Source of the DNA: the human T2T-CHM13v2.0 reference genome, Homo sapiens
Assembly (NCBI RefSeq): GCF_009914755.1
Contig: NC_060927.1
Strand: one strand, 5' to 3'
DNA length: 64,000 nt
Shown: positions 63,401 through 64,000 of the stretch, in pieces
Layout: every line of letters starts with the position of its first letter
Position numbering within the stretch: the first letter of the stretch is position 1
Notes under the pieces: generated by a model
Databases searched by the model: none
What the model was told of the DNA's origin: nothing
Seen by the model: only the letters and a program-made list of their open reading frames with translations
Position numbers and translations under genes: made by a program

Positions 63401-64000
63401 CTAAATTTTCATTTTTTCACATCTAGTACTTACCCTGCCCCTGAATTTTTTTATTTACTGGTTGGCCTTTTGGTCTACTGATATATATTAGTTAGGAATA
63501 AAGGTAACCCATAAATACAAATTGCCATGTAAACATATCAATCAACATACTCTCTTGCCCTGTCACTGGCTTCATCCCCAAATTGGGAAGAAATCTCTAA
63601 GTGTCTCAGTATAAGACAACTCTACAAAGTCTCACACTGCCAAAACATGTCCAATATATATTAACTATATTTATTGATCCCATGCATGTGGACCATGTAT
63701 GCTTCCATACTCTTCTATAAAAAGTTGTTGCCTAGTCAGTGCTACTTCTTACCAAACAGAGTTCTTCTCAACTTAGTTCTTACTGTTTATTCCTCATTGA
63801 AACTCACTGCCCTAATCAATAAAGCCCATCTTCCACATATTATTTTATACATTTTTTTCCTCTACACAGGCTATCTCACATGGTGCCTACACACTAGTTA
63901 TTATATCTCCAAAGATTATTATTGTTGATTATTGAGCTACATTTTATTCATACAAATATATGAGGTAGGTACTATTATTGTATTAAGATTGTACATAAGG

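Overview
AT-rich, CpG-poor primate (human or great-ape-like) intronic/intergenic DNA, mostly transposable-element relics. It holds a near-full-length Tigger5 transposon, 8 Alus, THE1/MST/MLT1 MaLR LTRs, an ERV1 solo LTR, a deleted HERV-L (MLT2A) provirus, an old ERVL/MaLR mosaic, a full-length L1PA, a 3.9-kb truncated L1PA, two 5'-inverted L1s, and L2/MIR/L1M/MER fragments. I could not identify an intact host protein-coding gene; the long ORFs are decayed L1, ERVL or Tigger frames. Best leads: (1) two canonical-looking + strand microexons at 10271 and 10601, just downstream of a sense LTR; (2) two L1PAs 19.8 kb apart that look like different subfamilies yet share about 7 non-consensus substitutions, suggesting patchy gene conversion; (3) an ERVL LTR fused at the PBS to a MaLR internal region; (4) two TA-microsatellite-associated fold-back duplications; (5) L1 3' transductions. 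Subfamily calls come from remembered consensus sequences, and the boundaries of old repeats are approximate.
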